From: Verrucomicrobiota bacterium
Lineage (GTDB): Bacteria; Verrucomicrobiota; Verrucomicrobiia; Limisphaerales; Palsa-1400
Reading direction: 5' to 3'
Length of the DNA: 64,000 nt
Assembly (NCBI GenBank): GCA_049510745.1
Contig: JBEKYR010000003.1
Location: forward strand, 160,001-224,000
A program made the position numbers and the translations under genes. The notes below the pieces were generated by a model. That model saw nothing but the letters and a program-made list of their open reading frames with translations, had not been told where the DNA came from and did no database searches. Below are positions 47,024 to 56,209 of the stretch, piece by piece; positions within the stretch are counted from its first letter, which is position 1; each line of letters begins with the position of its first letter.

Positions 47024-48673
47024 GTGAGCGATGTGTTCGTGAGAGTTTTTTGGGCTGTGCTGCTTTGCCTGGCGCTGGGCCTCCGCCCGCTTTGCGGGGC
47101 GGATTCCGGCCGCTCGGTCGTTCTTATTTACAACTCGCTCCTGCCCGAATCCAGGGACGTTGCCCGCCATTACGCGGCCGTCCGAAATGTTCCGCCCGGC
47201 CAAATCATCGGCCTGGACCTGCCCGCCGGAGAGACGATGACGCGCGCCGAGTACCGCGGTGAGTTGGAGGCGCCGCTGCTGGATTTCCTCCAACGCCAGA
47301 CGCTGATGGTCTTTCCGCCGGCCGCCGCCTCCACCAACACTGTCAAACCCATCGAAGCCAAAGTGCGCTACGCCGTGCTCTGCTTTGGTGTGCCCCTGCG
47401 AATCGCCGAGGACTCCTCGTTGCGCGAACCGGGCGCGGACACCCTTGCCGAAGGCGTCCGCCGCAACGGGGCGGCGGTCGATTCCGAGTTATGCCTCCTC
47501 CCATCGCGGGACCCGGCCCGCCTCCTGGCCGGGCCGCTGCTCAGTCCGTGGTACGGGACGACCAACCCCCTGGCTTTGAGTCCGACCAACGGCCTGCTCC
47601 TGGTCGCGCGCCTGGACGGTCCCACCGCCGCCATCGCCCGCCAATTGGTGGACAAAGCGATCGACGCGGAAACCAACGGCCTTTGGGGCCGCGCTTACTT
47701 TGACCTGCGCGGCCTGACCAACGGCGATTACAGGAAAGGCGACGATTGGATCGGGGCCGCCGCCGACATGACCCGCCGTTTTGGCTTTGAAACCGTGGTC
47801 GATAACCAGCCGGAAACTTTCTCCGCCGCCTTTCCCATGAGCCAGATTGCCCTCTACGCCGGTTGGTACGATGCAAACGTCTCCGGCCCCTTCGCGCGGC
47901 CCAAGGTCGAGTTCATGCCGGGCGCCTTTGCCTACCATCTTCACTCGGCCAGCGCGCAATCCCTGCGGACCAGCACCGAACATTGGTGCGGCCCGTTGCT
48001 CGCCGCCGGCGTGACCGCGACGATGGGCTGCGTCGATGAGCCGTATCTGGACGGCACTCCCAACGTGGCGGTCTTCTTCGCCCGATGGTTGCTGGAAGGA
48101 TTCAGCTTTGGCGAGGCCGCCTACGCCTGTCAACACGCCTTGTCCTGGCAGACCACGGTGATCGGCGACCCGCTCTACCGGCCCTTCGGCAAGGACCCGC
48201 GCGCGCAACACCAAGCCTTGCTCCGCCGGCACAGCCCGTTGATCGAATGGTCCCATCTCCGGGTCGTCAACTTGAACCTGGCGCTCGGCTCCACCCCCGC
48301 CGAACTGGCCCAATACCTCAAGGAACAGGACGCCACCCGCCGCAGCGCCGTGCTCAACGAAAAACTGGCGGACCTCTGCCAGGCGGCGGGTCAATACGAT
48401 GCATCCATCGCAGCCTGCCGCCAGGCCCTCCGCCTCGATCCGACCCCGCAGCAACGGGTGCGCCTGACGTTCAGCCTGGCCGACAAGCTCGCCGCCGCCG
48501 GCAAAGACTCGGAAGTCCTGGCGCTTTACGACAGTTTCCTGAAAAAAAACCCGGACTACCCGGACTCCCTCGCCCTCTACAAAAAGCTGCAGGCGCTGGC
48601 CACCCGGCTCCACCAGCCCGCCCAGGCCGAAGAATACGCGCGGGAAATTCAAAAGCGGACGCCGGCCAAGTAA
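47024..48673 (+). CDS. TIGR03790-like protein with C-terminal TPR
   Basis: VA.HYA..R, GVPLRI, AAVDSEL, ARLDGP, LYAGWY, AYHLHS.SA, GCVDEPYL, LSWQ..VIGDPLYRPF. Confidence 0.75.
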   Translation: MSDVFVRVFWAVLLCLALGLRPLCGADSGRSVVLIYNSLLPESRDVARHYAAVRNVPPGQIIGLDLPAGETMTRAEYRGELEAPLLDFLQRQTLMVFPPAAASTNTVKPIEAKVRYAVLCFGVPLRIAEDSSLREPGADTLAEGVRRNGAAVDSELCLLPSRDPARLLAGPLLSPWYGTTNPLALSPTNGLLLVARLDGPTAAIARQLVDKAIDAETNGLWGRAYFDLRGLTNGDYRKGDDWIGAAADMTRRFGFETVVDNQPETFSAAFPMSQIALYAGWYDANVSGPFARPKVEFMPGAFAYHLHSASAQSLRTSTEHWCGPLLAAGVTATMGCVDEPYLDGTPNVAVFFARWLLEGFSFGEAAYACQHALSWQTTVIGDPLYRPFGKDPRAQHQALLRRHSPLIEWSHLRVVNLNLALGSTPAELAQYLKEQDATRRSAVLNEKLADLCQAAGQYDASIAACRQALRLDPTPQQRVRLTFSLADKLAAAGKDSEVLALYDSFLKKNPDYPDSLALYKKLQALATRLHQPAQAEEYAREIQKRTPAK

Positions 48674-48677
48674 GAAC

Positions 48678-49061
48678 TTATTTTTTCCCTTTCGGGTACT
48701 TCACGCCGCCGCGGTTGAGCATCGCCCTTATTACCGCATAAACCCTCTCCTGCTCCTCCGGCGGCGCCCGCCGCAACATCTCGATCAGGCCGCGCTCCCT
48801 CTGGCTCAGCCTGCCGTGATCCGGCTTGGGCCCCGCCTGCCCCTCCTTCAACTCAAAGGCCGCCTCGAACAGGTCCGGCCGCTCGCTGGCAATGATCAAC
48901 TTGAGCAATTGCAGCATGGTTTGCGTCGGCCTGTTGGGGTGATCGGGATTGACCAGATGATTGATGGCGCTGGGGGTTTTGCGCAACCGCCGCGCCGCCT
49001 CGCTCTGCGTCCATCCCATCAGGTCGATCAACCGCTTGAATTCAGCCTTTTCGGGGTCCAT
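48678..49061 (-). CDS. XRE/Cro-CI family HTH repressor
   Basis: MGWTQSEAARRLRKTPSAINHL HTH; divergent from phage-type genes. Confidence 0.8.
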   Translation of the reverse strand: MDPEKAEFKRLIDLMGWTQSEAARRLRKTPSAINHLVNPDHPNRPTQTMLQLLKLIIASERPDLFEAAFELKEGQAGPKPDHGRLSQRERGLIEMLRRAPPEEQERVYAVIRAMLNRGGVKYPKGKK

Positions 49062-49072
49062 TTTTAAAAAAA

Positions 49073-49132
49073 TGTTATCGGATAACAAATAATCGCTTGA
49101 CTTTATCGCATAATATCTGTTACCTGATAACA
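49073..49132. promoter_or_regulatory. Three related 15-bp palindromic operators
   Basis: TGTTATCgGATAACA (49073), CTTTATCgCATAATA (49101), TGTTACCtGATAACA (49118); TTGACT at 49097. Confidence 0.75.
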
Positions 49133-49222
49133 GTATGACGCTGCGGCGCCGGAATGCAATGAAAAAAAGTGGAAAAAACAGCGGCCGGCGCGGTGTCGCG
49201 GCCGCGGGCGGGGGCTTTTCGC

Positions 49223-49453
49223 ATGAAAAAAACTGAGGCGACAGACATTTTGGCCCGGCATGTGCTCTCAGCCCTGCCGGATTCGGTGGCGGCCCGCCGC
49301 CAACTCCTCTCCGCCGTGCTGACGGTGTGCCCCGCCTCGCGCTACGCCGGCAGAATCTCTCTCATGCTCGAACACCTCGAACAACACGCGACCATCAGTT
49401 CCAAATTCCAACTTCAATGCGCCCAACGCGCGCCTGAAACTTATGATGAATGA
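49223..49453 (+). CDS. Small hypothetical protein, first gene of the phage-type operon
   Basis: ORF directly downstream of the operators and overlapping the next gene; start may be GTG 49169. Confidence 0.45.
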   Translation: MKKTEATDILARHVLSALPDSVAARRQLLSAVLTVCPASRYAGRISLMLEHLEQHATISSKFQLQCAQRAPETYDE

Positions 49454-50060
49454 ACTTATTCAAACCGGAAAATCTTTGGAGGCTGTGTCCCATGACCCAC
49501 CCACCCAAACCCCCAATTCGGCCCCGCGCCACCGGCGCGCGGCCGAATCCCACCCCGGTGAATTGGAGACAACGGACACGGTTGCCAATTCACCGGATTC
49601 TTTCGACCCCGTCCTTCGCGCCGTGGAGGAATGCCGCGCCAAACCGGCCGGCGATTTCCAGCGCATCGTCGTCGTCCTCGCGCCGCCGGACCGCGCCCGG
49701 TCGCGCCTGTGCGGCGCGTTGGCCCAACGCTGCGGCGCGACCCTCGTCACCGCCGCATCGATCCGCCAGCGCCATCTCTTGGAGCAAGTGATGCGCCCGT
49801 GTTTCTACGGCGGACGCCCCGTCCTGGCCATCGATCAGGCCGAGTATCTGGGGCGCGAGGAACTCGACACCCTCAAGCTGCTCATCAACCTGACACCCGT
49901 CGTGCTTGTGCTCCTGTCCACCGCCCAGGCCTACCGTGCCTGGGATCAGCGTTGGCCGATTGAAGCCCGCCAAATCCGCCGGCGCGCCCATCTGGTCCTC
50001 GAACGGCGGCCCATTAGAGAACTACTCAGTCAATTCATCAGTGAATGGAGGAAATCCTGA
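49443..50060 (+). CDS. Degenerate MuB-like AAA+ ATPase
   Basis: VLAIDQAEYLG (Walker B-like), VVVLAPPDRARS at the Walker A position, QIRRR arginine-finger-like; directly upstream of gam. Confidence 0.55.
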   Translation: MMNELIQTGKSLEAVSHDPPTQTPNSAPRHRRAAESHPGELETTDTVANSPDSFDPVLRAVEECRAKPAGDFQRIVVVLAPPDRARSRLCGALAQRCGATLVTAASIRQRHLLEQVMRPCFYGGRPVLAIDQAEYLGREELDTLKLLINLTPVVLVLLSTAQAYRAWDQRWPIEARQIRRRAHLVLERRPIRELLSQFISEWRKS

Positions 50061-50062
50061 AA

Positions 50063-50611
50063 ATGAGCAAAAAAGAAAAAGTCCCGACCTGCCTGGTGCT
50101 CTCGCGCGAGGCGCTGGAAGCCGCAGTGGCGGAAGTTGCCACCCTGAAAATTCAATACGCCGCCGCCAAGGCGGCCCTGGAACTGGAAGTCGCCGCCGTG
50201 CAGGAACGGCGCCAGGAACACCTGCTCGCCCTGGGCAAACAAATCGAATCCAGGGAAGCGGGCGTCTTCATCTTCTGCCAGCAACACCGCTCGGAATTGT
50301 TCCCGGACAAAAAGTCGATTGACCTTCTCCTGGCCACCGTCGGCTACCGCACCGAGCCGCCCAGCGTCGAGAAATGCTCCAAGAAAGACACCTGGTCGGC
50401 CATCGCCAAGCGGCTCGAGGCATTGGACTGGGGCGTCCGCTACATCACCACGCCCGATCCCGAAGTGGACAAAAAGGCGCTTCTGGCCGACCGCGACCGC
50501 CTGACCGCCGGGCAACTCTCCGAAGCCGGCATCCGCTTCGAGCAAGACGAATTCTTCTACATCACCCCCAAATCGGACGTCGCCGAAAAAACCGTGATGG
50601 AAGCGGCGTAG
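50063..50611 (+). CDS. gam: Mu Gam-family host-nuclease inhibitor (DNA end-binding)
   Basis: Helical N-half, FCQQHRSELF.DKKS...VGYRT.PPSV, EVDKKALL, GIRFEQDEFFYITP. Confidence 0.88.
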   Translation: MSKKEKVPTCLVLSREALEAAVAEVATLKIQYAAAKAALELEVAAVQERRQEHLLALGKQIESREAGVFIFCQQHRSELFPDKKSIDLLLATVGYRTEPPSVEKCSKKDTWSAIAKRLEALDWGVRYITTPDPEVDKKALLADRDRLTAGQLSEAGIRFEQDEFFYITPKSDVAEKTVMEAA

Positions 50612-51112
50612 GATTCAGAAACCCCAAAAATAAAGGAAAAAGAAAGATGAAAAAATCTGATGTCCGTCATTATCAGGACGACTACCGCCGCGCCATGCAC
50701 CTCGCAAACGACGTCAAGGCAAAGCTTCGCCGCCAAAGAATCACCTTGGAGGAGGCCGCCTACGAAATGTTCCTATCCCTGGCCACCATCTGGAAGATAA
50801 CCGTTGGCCGTCCGGTTTTCAGCGACACCGAAAAAACCGTCCGCAACTGGCTCCAAGGAATGCACCCGCGCCACCGCACAGACCTGCGCATCGCCAAGGT
50901 CATCAAGAGAGACAACCGGCTCACCCCACAAGGAAAAGCGGCGCTCTTGGGCAGACTCCTTGAGGACATCTCCCAAACCTTCAGCGGGCATCTCCGCGAC
51001 CCTCACCCGCCCCGAAAGCCCTTTCCGCCCGTCATAATCACCCGAACTCCACAACGACCCAACCCGGAACCAAAACAAATCTTGCAGCCTCAAAAAGCGG
51101 CGTAGGAGTCAG
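50601..51112 (+). repeat. 18-nt direct repeat pair flanking ORF 50647..51105
   Basis: AAGCGGCGTAGGATTCAG (50601-50618) and AAGCGGCGTAGGAGTCAG (51095-51112), 17/18 identical. Confidence 0.75.
50647..51105 (+). CDS. Hypothetical basic protein
   Basis: AAAGGA RBS-like upstream of ATG 50647; no recognisable motif. Confidence 0.55.
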   Translation: MKKSDVRHYQDDYRRAMHLANDVKAKLRRQRITLEEAAYEMFLSLATIWKITVGRPVFSDTEKTVRNWLQGMHPRHRTDLRIAKVIKRDNRLTPQGKAALLGRLLEDISQTFSGHLRDPHPPRKPFPPVIITRTPQRPNPEPKQILQPQKAA

Positions 51113-51140
51113 CCTGTGCATTTTTTCGTCTATGTCGGCA

Positions 51141-51253
51141 GTCAAGGCTGGCCTGCCAACCATAGCTCGCGCCGAGCGAGCGAAGGTTGGTCAAGGTCAG
51201 TCAAGGCTGCTCAACCGCCTATCCCATTCACTGATTCACTGATTCACTGATTC
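51141..51253. repeat. Palindromic element within a GTCAAGG 10-mer array, followed by (ATTCACTG)x3.5
   Basis: GTCAAGGCTG / hairpin CCAACC..GCTCGC-GCCGA-GCGAGC..GGTTGG / GTCAAGGTCA GTCAAGGCTG; ATTCACTG repeats at 51226-51253. Confidence 0.65.
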
Positions 51254-51264
51254 TTCTATTGTTC

Positions 51265-51543
51265 TCAACGGACCAGATGGAAAAACCCGATAATGAACAC
51301 CGCCACGACGGCGATTGCGATCGCCCACCAGTACCACCTTATCCCATGCGGCACCGGGGATTTTTTTACGTCCAGTTCGCGTTTGACGAAGTCATCGTAG
51401 TCGAACGAATCGTCCGGCAGGTTCAGGCCGCTGGCGTAGGCCTCCTCGGACCAGCCGGTCTGTTCGTCCGCGCCGCATTCCGGGCAGGCCTTCGCGCCGG
51501 CGGGGACATCCGCTCCGCAGTTGGGACAGTTTTCCGGGGTCAT
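51265..51543 (-). CDS. Zinc-ribbon protein with C-terminal TM helix
   Basis: CPNCG..ACPECG, acidic linker, hydrophobic C-terminus. Confidence 0.8.
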   Translation of the reverse strand: MTPENCPNCGADVPAGAKACPECGADEQTGWSEEAYASGLNLPDDSFDYDDFVKRELDVKKSPVPHGIRWYWWAIAIAVVAVFIIGFFHLVR

Positions 51544-51594
51544 GCGCGCGGGAGTTCGCCGGCGGCGGCAGGCCGCCGCCCCGATGCCGGCTCG

Positions 51595-52359
51595 TCAGTG
51601 GGGTTTGGACTGGGAGAATTCCCCGACAATTCCCCGGCCATTCCACATGGCTGGGGACACCGCAGCCGGGTCCACGCTCCAGCGGGCGGCAAGTTGATTG
51701 ACCTTTTCCGCAGTGGCGGCCAGCGCCTCGCGCAGAGCAAACGGATTCTGCTCGCCGCCATAGTCCAGGCACAGCATCTGCAATTCCTTCTCCGCCGCCG
51801 TGACCGGCCCCTGGTTCCACAAGGTTTCCCCCGCCCAGGCGTAGGCGCGAAAGACGTGGCCTCTTTCCATCAGCGCCCAGCAATGATAGTTGACCACCCG
51901 GCTGACGCTGAAAAACTGCAGATGACCCAGCTTCCGGCTGAGGCCGGCCAAAAAGCGGTAGCACGCATCCACATCCTCCGCCGGTTCGGGCAAACCCGGC
52001 CCGACCACCAGCACCCACCCGGAAATCGGCGGGGAAATGAACAGCTTGTCCTCGCGCGCTTCGGCCAGGCCCTCTTCCCACGAGCACGGCGTCGGACGGT
52101 GCAGATTGAGCGCCGCTTGCACGACGGACGCTCTGGAGGCTTTGACGGCCAGCCAGCGGCTCGGCTGCTCAAACGGAGAAGAACGCGACGCGCCGGAAAG
52201 GGCGGACGACGCCGGCATTTGGCCTGGGAACGGTTGCGACTTCAACCGCGACGCCCGGCGCCAGGCGCAGCAGATGAAGAATATCCCGGCTCCCAAAACG
52301 ATCCCCAATGGAATCAGCATCAGGAGCCACGCAACTTCCTTGATCTCCGCCGGGCTCAC
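51595..52359 (-). CDS. Membrane-anchored conserved hypothetical protein
   Basis: N-terminal TM, globular domain WLAVK..LFISPPISGWVLVVG..RAYAW. Confidence 0.65.
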   Translation of the reverse strand: MSPAEIKEVAWLLMLIPLGIVLGAGIFFICCAWRRASRLKSQPFPGQMPASSALSGASRSSPFEQPSRWLAVKASRASVVQAALNLHRPTPCSWEEGLAEAREDKLFISPPISGWVLVVGPGLPEPAEDVDACYRFLAGLSRKLGHLQFFSVSRVVNYHCWALMERGHVFRAYAWAGETLWNQGPVTAAEKELQMLCLDYGGEQNPFALREALAATAEKVNQLAARWSVDPAAVSPAMWNGRGIVGEFSQSKPH

Positions 52360-52577
52360 ACTACGCCTAAATTACTCTCTGTTTATCCTTCTTCAATCGG
52401 AAATCTCATTTTTCCGGCAAAAAACTGCCGGGATAATGCAATATCTTGAATCCTCCGGCGCCATTTGGCAGGCTGGCGGGCAATTTTTGACACTCAGGAT
52501 TGGAGGCCTTCGCTGGATTGAACGACTGGCGCTGGCAGGATCAGGCAACGCGCCGGCAAAGCAAAAAATAACCGGGT

Positions 52578-53828
52578 TTGACATTTGTGAGAGCCACTCA
52601 GAAAGAAGTCTTGGCCATCGCCATTTTCTGCGTCACCTATCTGCTCATCAGCGGGCGGAGCTTGAAGATATTGCCGCTGAACCGGCCCGCGGCAGCGTTG
52701 TTGGGCACGGTCCTGATGGTGGCCTGCGGGGTCGTGACTCCGCAGCAGGCTTATCGATCCGTCGATTATGATACGCTGGTGTTGTTGCTGGGAATGATGC
52801 TCATCAGCGCGTATCTTTTCCTGGCGGGATTTTTCGATTGGGCGGCGCACTGGATTTTGCGGCGCGCCCAAACGCCGCAAGCCCTGCTGCTCTATTTGCT
52901 CCTGGCTTCCGGGGTTCTCTCGGCCTTGCTGGTCAACGACGCCGTTTGTCTCATGCTCACTCCCCTGGTGGTGGCGGTGATCGTTCGTGGCAAACTGCCG
53001 CTGCCGCCCTATCTGCTGGCGTTGGCCATGAGCGCCAACGTCGGCAGCGTGGCGACGCTGGTGGGAAATCCGCAAAACATGATCATCGGCCATCTCTCGA
53101 AAATTCCTTTCGCGCGGTTCTCCGCCTCTCTCTTGCCGGCCGCCGTCGCCGGACTGGTGGTCCAGTACCTCATTCTGCGAATCGGCTTTCGCAAGATACT
53201 TGGCGAAGCTGCCCTTTGCCGACCGGAAGCCGAACCGGCCAAAGTGGATCGCCGGCTTCTGGTGTTGACGTGCGTTGTCCTGGTGCTGGTGTTTGCCGGC
53301 TTCGTCGCGGGCCTCGATTTGTCATGGACGGCGCTGGGGGGCGGGGTGGTGCTGATGGTGCTGGGCCGGCGCGACACCCACGAGGTGCTCAAGTTGGTGG
53401 ATTGGCACCTGTTGGTTTTTTTCGCCGGGCTGTTCGTCGTCGTGGAGGCGCTCGGCGCCACTGGGTTGCCCGGCCAAATCTATCAGCATTTTCGCGGCGT
53501 CTTTGGAGTTTCCGCCTCGAGTCAGGCCTGGAATCTGGCTTGGTTCTCCGCGCTGGGATCGAACCTCTTCTCGAACGTTCCCTACGTGCTCCTGGCGGGG
53601 AAATGGATGAACAGCTTCGCGCACCCGGACTTGATGTGGAAAGTCATGGCGCTGGCCACGACGTTCGCGGGCAATCTCACCATCCTCGGCTCGGTTGCCA
53701 ACATCATCGTGCTGGAATCGGCCCGCCGGCACGTGCAATTTGGCTTTTGGGACTATGCCCGATACGGCATCCCAGTCACGATCCTGACGACAGTTGTGGG
53801 CCTGTGTGTTCTCCTGTTGCTCGAATAA
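52578..53828 (+). CDS. ArsB/NhaD (ion transporter superfamily) anion permease
   Basis: [48 protein letters not shown]. Confidence 0.88.
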   Translation: MTFVRATQKEVLAIAIFCVTYLLISGRSLKILPLNRPAAALLGTVLMVACGVVTPQQAYRSVDYDTLVLLLGMMLISAYLFLAGFFDWAAHWILRRAQTPQALLLYLLLASGVLSALLVNDAVCLMLTPLVVAVIVRGKLPLPPYLLALAMSANVGSVATLVGNPQNMIIGHLSKIPFARFSASLLPAAVAGLVVQYLILRIGFRKILGEAALCRPEAEPAKVDRRLLVLTCVVLVLVFAGFVAGLDLSWTALGGGVVLMVLGRRDTHEVLKLVDWHLLVFFAGLFVVVEALGATGLPGQIYQHFRGVFGVSASSQAWNLAWFSALGSNLFSNVPYVLLAGKWMNSFAHPDLMWKVMALATTFAGNLTILGSVANIIVLESARRHVQFGFWDYARYGIPVTILTTVVGLCVLLLLE

Positions 53829-53881
53829 ATGGAAACAAACCGGGCCAAAGGCAGAGAATTCGCAACCTCACGCGGTGATTC

Positions 53882-56155
53882 TCAATCGCCCTGACCGAGC
53901 ACGCCGCCCTGGCTGGCATTGCCGACCATCTTCCGGTAGCGCGCCAGCCACCCGGTGAGTTGGCGTTTGACGGGTTGGAAGGCTTTCTTGCGCTCGGCCA
54001 ACTCGGTTTCCGGCACGCCGATGTCAATGCGGCGGTTGGGGAAATCGATGCGGATTCGGTCGCCGGGTTTGAGCAAGCCGATGGGGCCGCCTTCTGCCGC
54101 TTCTGGCGAGACGTGGCCAATACAGGCGCCGGCAGTGCCCCCGCTGAAGCGACCGTCAGTGATGAGGGCGACTTTGTCGCCAAGCCCCATGCCGGCGATG
54201 TAGCTTGTGGGCGAAAGCATTTCCTGCATCCCCGGACCGCCCCGCGGACCTTCATTGCGGATGACAACCACGTCGCCCGCTTTGACTTTCCCGGCCAGGA
54301 CGCCTTCGCAAGCTTCCTCCTGGCTCTCGAAAATCACGCACGGCCCCTCGAAGACAAAGTTCTGGCCGCAATTCTTCTTGAACTCGGCGCTGATGCCGGC
54401 GGTTTTAACGACACTGCCTTCGGGCGCCAGTTGACCGTAAAGAATTGCCAGGCCCCCGTCCGGCGAATAAGCCGTCGCCTGGGTGCGGATGCAGTCATAA
54501 GCGTCGAACCTGAATGCCGAATCGTAAGGAACCAGTCCCGACGGTTGCGCCGCGCTTAAGCGGTCAGGCCGGAATTCCAGGTAGGCCCGGTGAATCTGGC
54601 CGTTTTTGAATTTCGAGACGCGCTGCAAACAGAGCCGTGTCTTGGAGCCGCCTTTGGAGTATTGCCACATGAGGAGCACGGGCGTGCCTTTGAGAGCGGC
54701 CAATTCGGCGCGCACCAGGCCTTTGGCCTCCGCCAGCTTTTGCTCCAACCCCGCGCGAATGGCCTCCCGTCCCCTCAACACAGTCTCCGGCGCAACCACC
54801 ACTTCGGCATCGTCGGTAAAGAGCAGGGACTGTGTTTCGGCGTCGCCCGCGTTCCAAGCTGCGGCTTTGCGCCAAAGCGTGATGGCGTGGCCATCGGCGG
54901 GCAGGAACATCATGGGCTTGGGCGCCAGATTGCCGCTTTCGGTGCGGGCTGCGGGGCCAAGTTTGTCCGCCGGGTCGAGCACGATGGCGGAGGCGCCCGA
55001 GACACGGGCGGCTTTCGCACAAGGCAGGCAACTCTCCGACCGCACATCCCAGTCGTCGATGTTCCCGCCCAGCGTCTTGCCGGTGACGGTCCTGCACGAG
55101 GTGTTCAGGGCCCCGGCCCGTTTCAACTCGCCAAGAATGGTGTGGATGCCGCCGGCACGATGGATGTCTTGCAGGTGGTAGCTCGCAGAGGGTGAGACTT
55201 TGCACAAGCAGGGGACGCGCCGGGAAATGGCGTCGATGCGCGCGATGTCATACGGGATGCCCGCTTCGCGCGCGATGGCCAGCGTGTGCAGAATGGTATT
55301 GGTGGAACCCCCCATCGCGACGTCCAGGCTCAGGGCGTTGTCGAACGCCTCGAGTGTGGCGATGTCGCGCGGCTTCAGGTCCGACTCAACCAGCTTGATA
55401 ATCTGCCGGGCGGCCCAGCGGTAGAGGCTTTCGCGTTCTTTCGATACGGCAAGGATCGTGCCGTTGCCGGGCAAGGCCATGCCGAGCGCCTCGCACAAAC
55501 AGTTCATCGAGTTGGCGGTGAACATGCCCGAGCAGGAACCGCAGGTCGGGCAGGCGCTCTGTTCGAGCTTCTTCAAGTCCGCTTCGGTGATTTTGCCGGT
55601 CTGCAACTGGCCGACTCCTTGAAAGACAGAGATGAGATCCGATGTTTTCGCCGCGGGTTGCAGATGCGCCGGAAGCTCGCCCTGCCCGGCGGCAGCTTCC
55701 GCGATGCCCGCAGCCATCGGCCCGCCGCTGACAAAAATGGCCGGGATGTTCACGCGCATGGCGCCCATCAACATGCCGGGGACGATCTTGTCGCAGTTCG
55801 GGATGCAAACCATCCCATCGAAACAATGCGCCATGACCATGGATTCGACGCAATCGGCAATGAGTTCGCGCGAGGGCAGCGAATACTTCATGCCGCCGTG
55901 GCCCATGGCGATCCCGTCATCAATGCCGATCGTGTTAAAGATGAACGGCACGCCCCCCGCCTCACGCACCAGGCGCTTCACCAACATGCCAACTTCGTTC
56001 AGGTGGGCGTGGCCGGGGATGCAATCGGTGTAGCTGTTGCAGATGGCGATGAACGGCTTGTTGAAGTCCTCTTCTGACTCGATGGAGCCGGTGGCCCGCA
56101 GCAGGCTGCGATGCGGCGCGCGTTCGGCGCCTTTTTTAATCATGTCAGAGCGCAT
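53882..56155 (-). CDS. ilvD: Dihydroxy-acid dehydratase with an internal SnoaL/NTF2-like insertion
   Basis: [58 protein letters not shown]; 757 aa from ATG 56155. Confidence 0.95.
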   Translation of the reverse strand: MRSDMIKKGAERAPHRSLLRATGSIESEEDFNKPFIAICNSYTDCIPGHAHLNEVGMLVKRLVREAGGVPFIFNTIGIDDGIAMGHGGMKYSLPSRELIADCVESMVMAHCFDGMVCIPNCDKIVPGMLMGAMRVNIPAIFVSGGPMAAGIAEAAAGQGELPAHLQPAAKTSDLISVFQGVGQLQTGKITEADLKKLEQSACPTCGSCSGMFTANSMNCLCEALGMALPGNGTILAVSKERESLYRWAARQIIKLVESDLKPRDIATLEAFDNALSLDVAMGGSTNTILHTLAIAREAGIPYDIARIDAISRRVPCLCKVSPSASYHLQDIHRAGGIHTILGELKRAGALNTSCRTVTGKTLGGNIDDWDVRSESCLPCAKAARVSGASAIVLDPADKLGPAARTESGNLAPKPMMFLPADGHAITLWRKAAAWNAGDAETQSLLFTDDAEVVVAPETVLRGREAIRAGLEQKLAEAKGLVRAELAALKGTPVLLMWQYSKGGSKTRLCLQRVSKFKNGQIHRAYLEFRPDRLSAAQPSGLVPYDSAFRFDAYDCIRTQATAYSPDGGLAILYGQLAPEGSVVKTAGISAEFKKNCGQNFVFEGPCVIFESQEEACEGVLAGKVKAGDVVVIRNEGPRGGPGMQEMLSPTSYIAGMGLGDKVALITDGRFSGGTAGACIGHVSPEAAEGGPIGLLKPGDRIRIDFPNRRIDIGVPETELAERKKAFQPVKRQLTGWLARYRKMVGNASQGGVLGQGD

Positions 56156-56209
56156 AGTGTTTTCATTTTGCGTGGGAAGGGGAAATCTCCCGTCCACGCA
56201 GTCGTGTTG

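Larger units (their letters stand above)
48678..51112. mobile_element. Mu-like (transposable phage) early-region remnant
   Basis: Repressor / operators / small ORF / degenerate MuB-like ATPase / Gam / orphan ORF; no transposase or virion genes. Confidence 0.7.

Noticed and set aside
48678..51112. Intact prophage or active transposon
   Set aside because: No transposase/integrase, no structural or lysis genes, no recognisable att ends.
44480..51253. CRISPR array
   Set aside because: Repeats are 8-18 nt, tandem or paired, without unique 25-45-nt spacers; no cas genes.
54490..55030. Intein as explanation for the IlvD insertion (it contains CLP near its start)
   Set aside because: No Hint block B (TxxH), no terminal His-Asn before Cys/Ser/Thr, no LAGLIDADG; the downstream CIR is native IlvD sequence.
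56169..56200. Intrinsic terminator in the ilvD leader
   Set aside because: Strong stem but not followed by a U tract on either strand.
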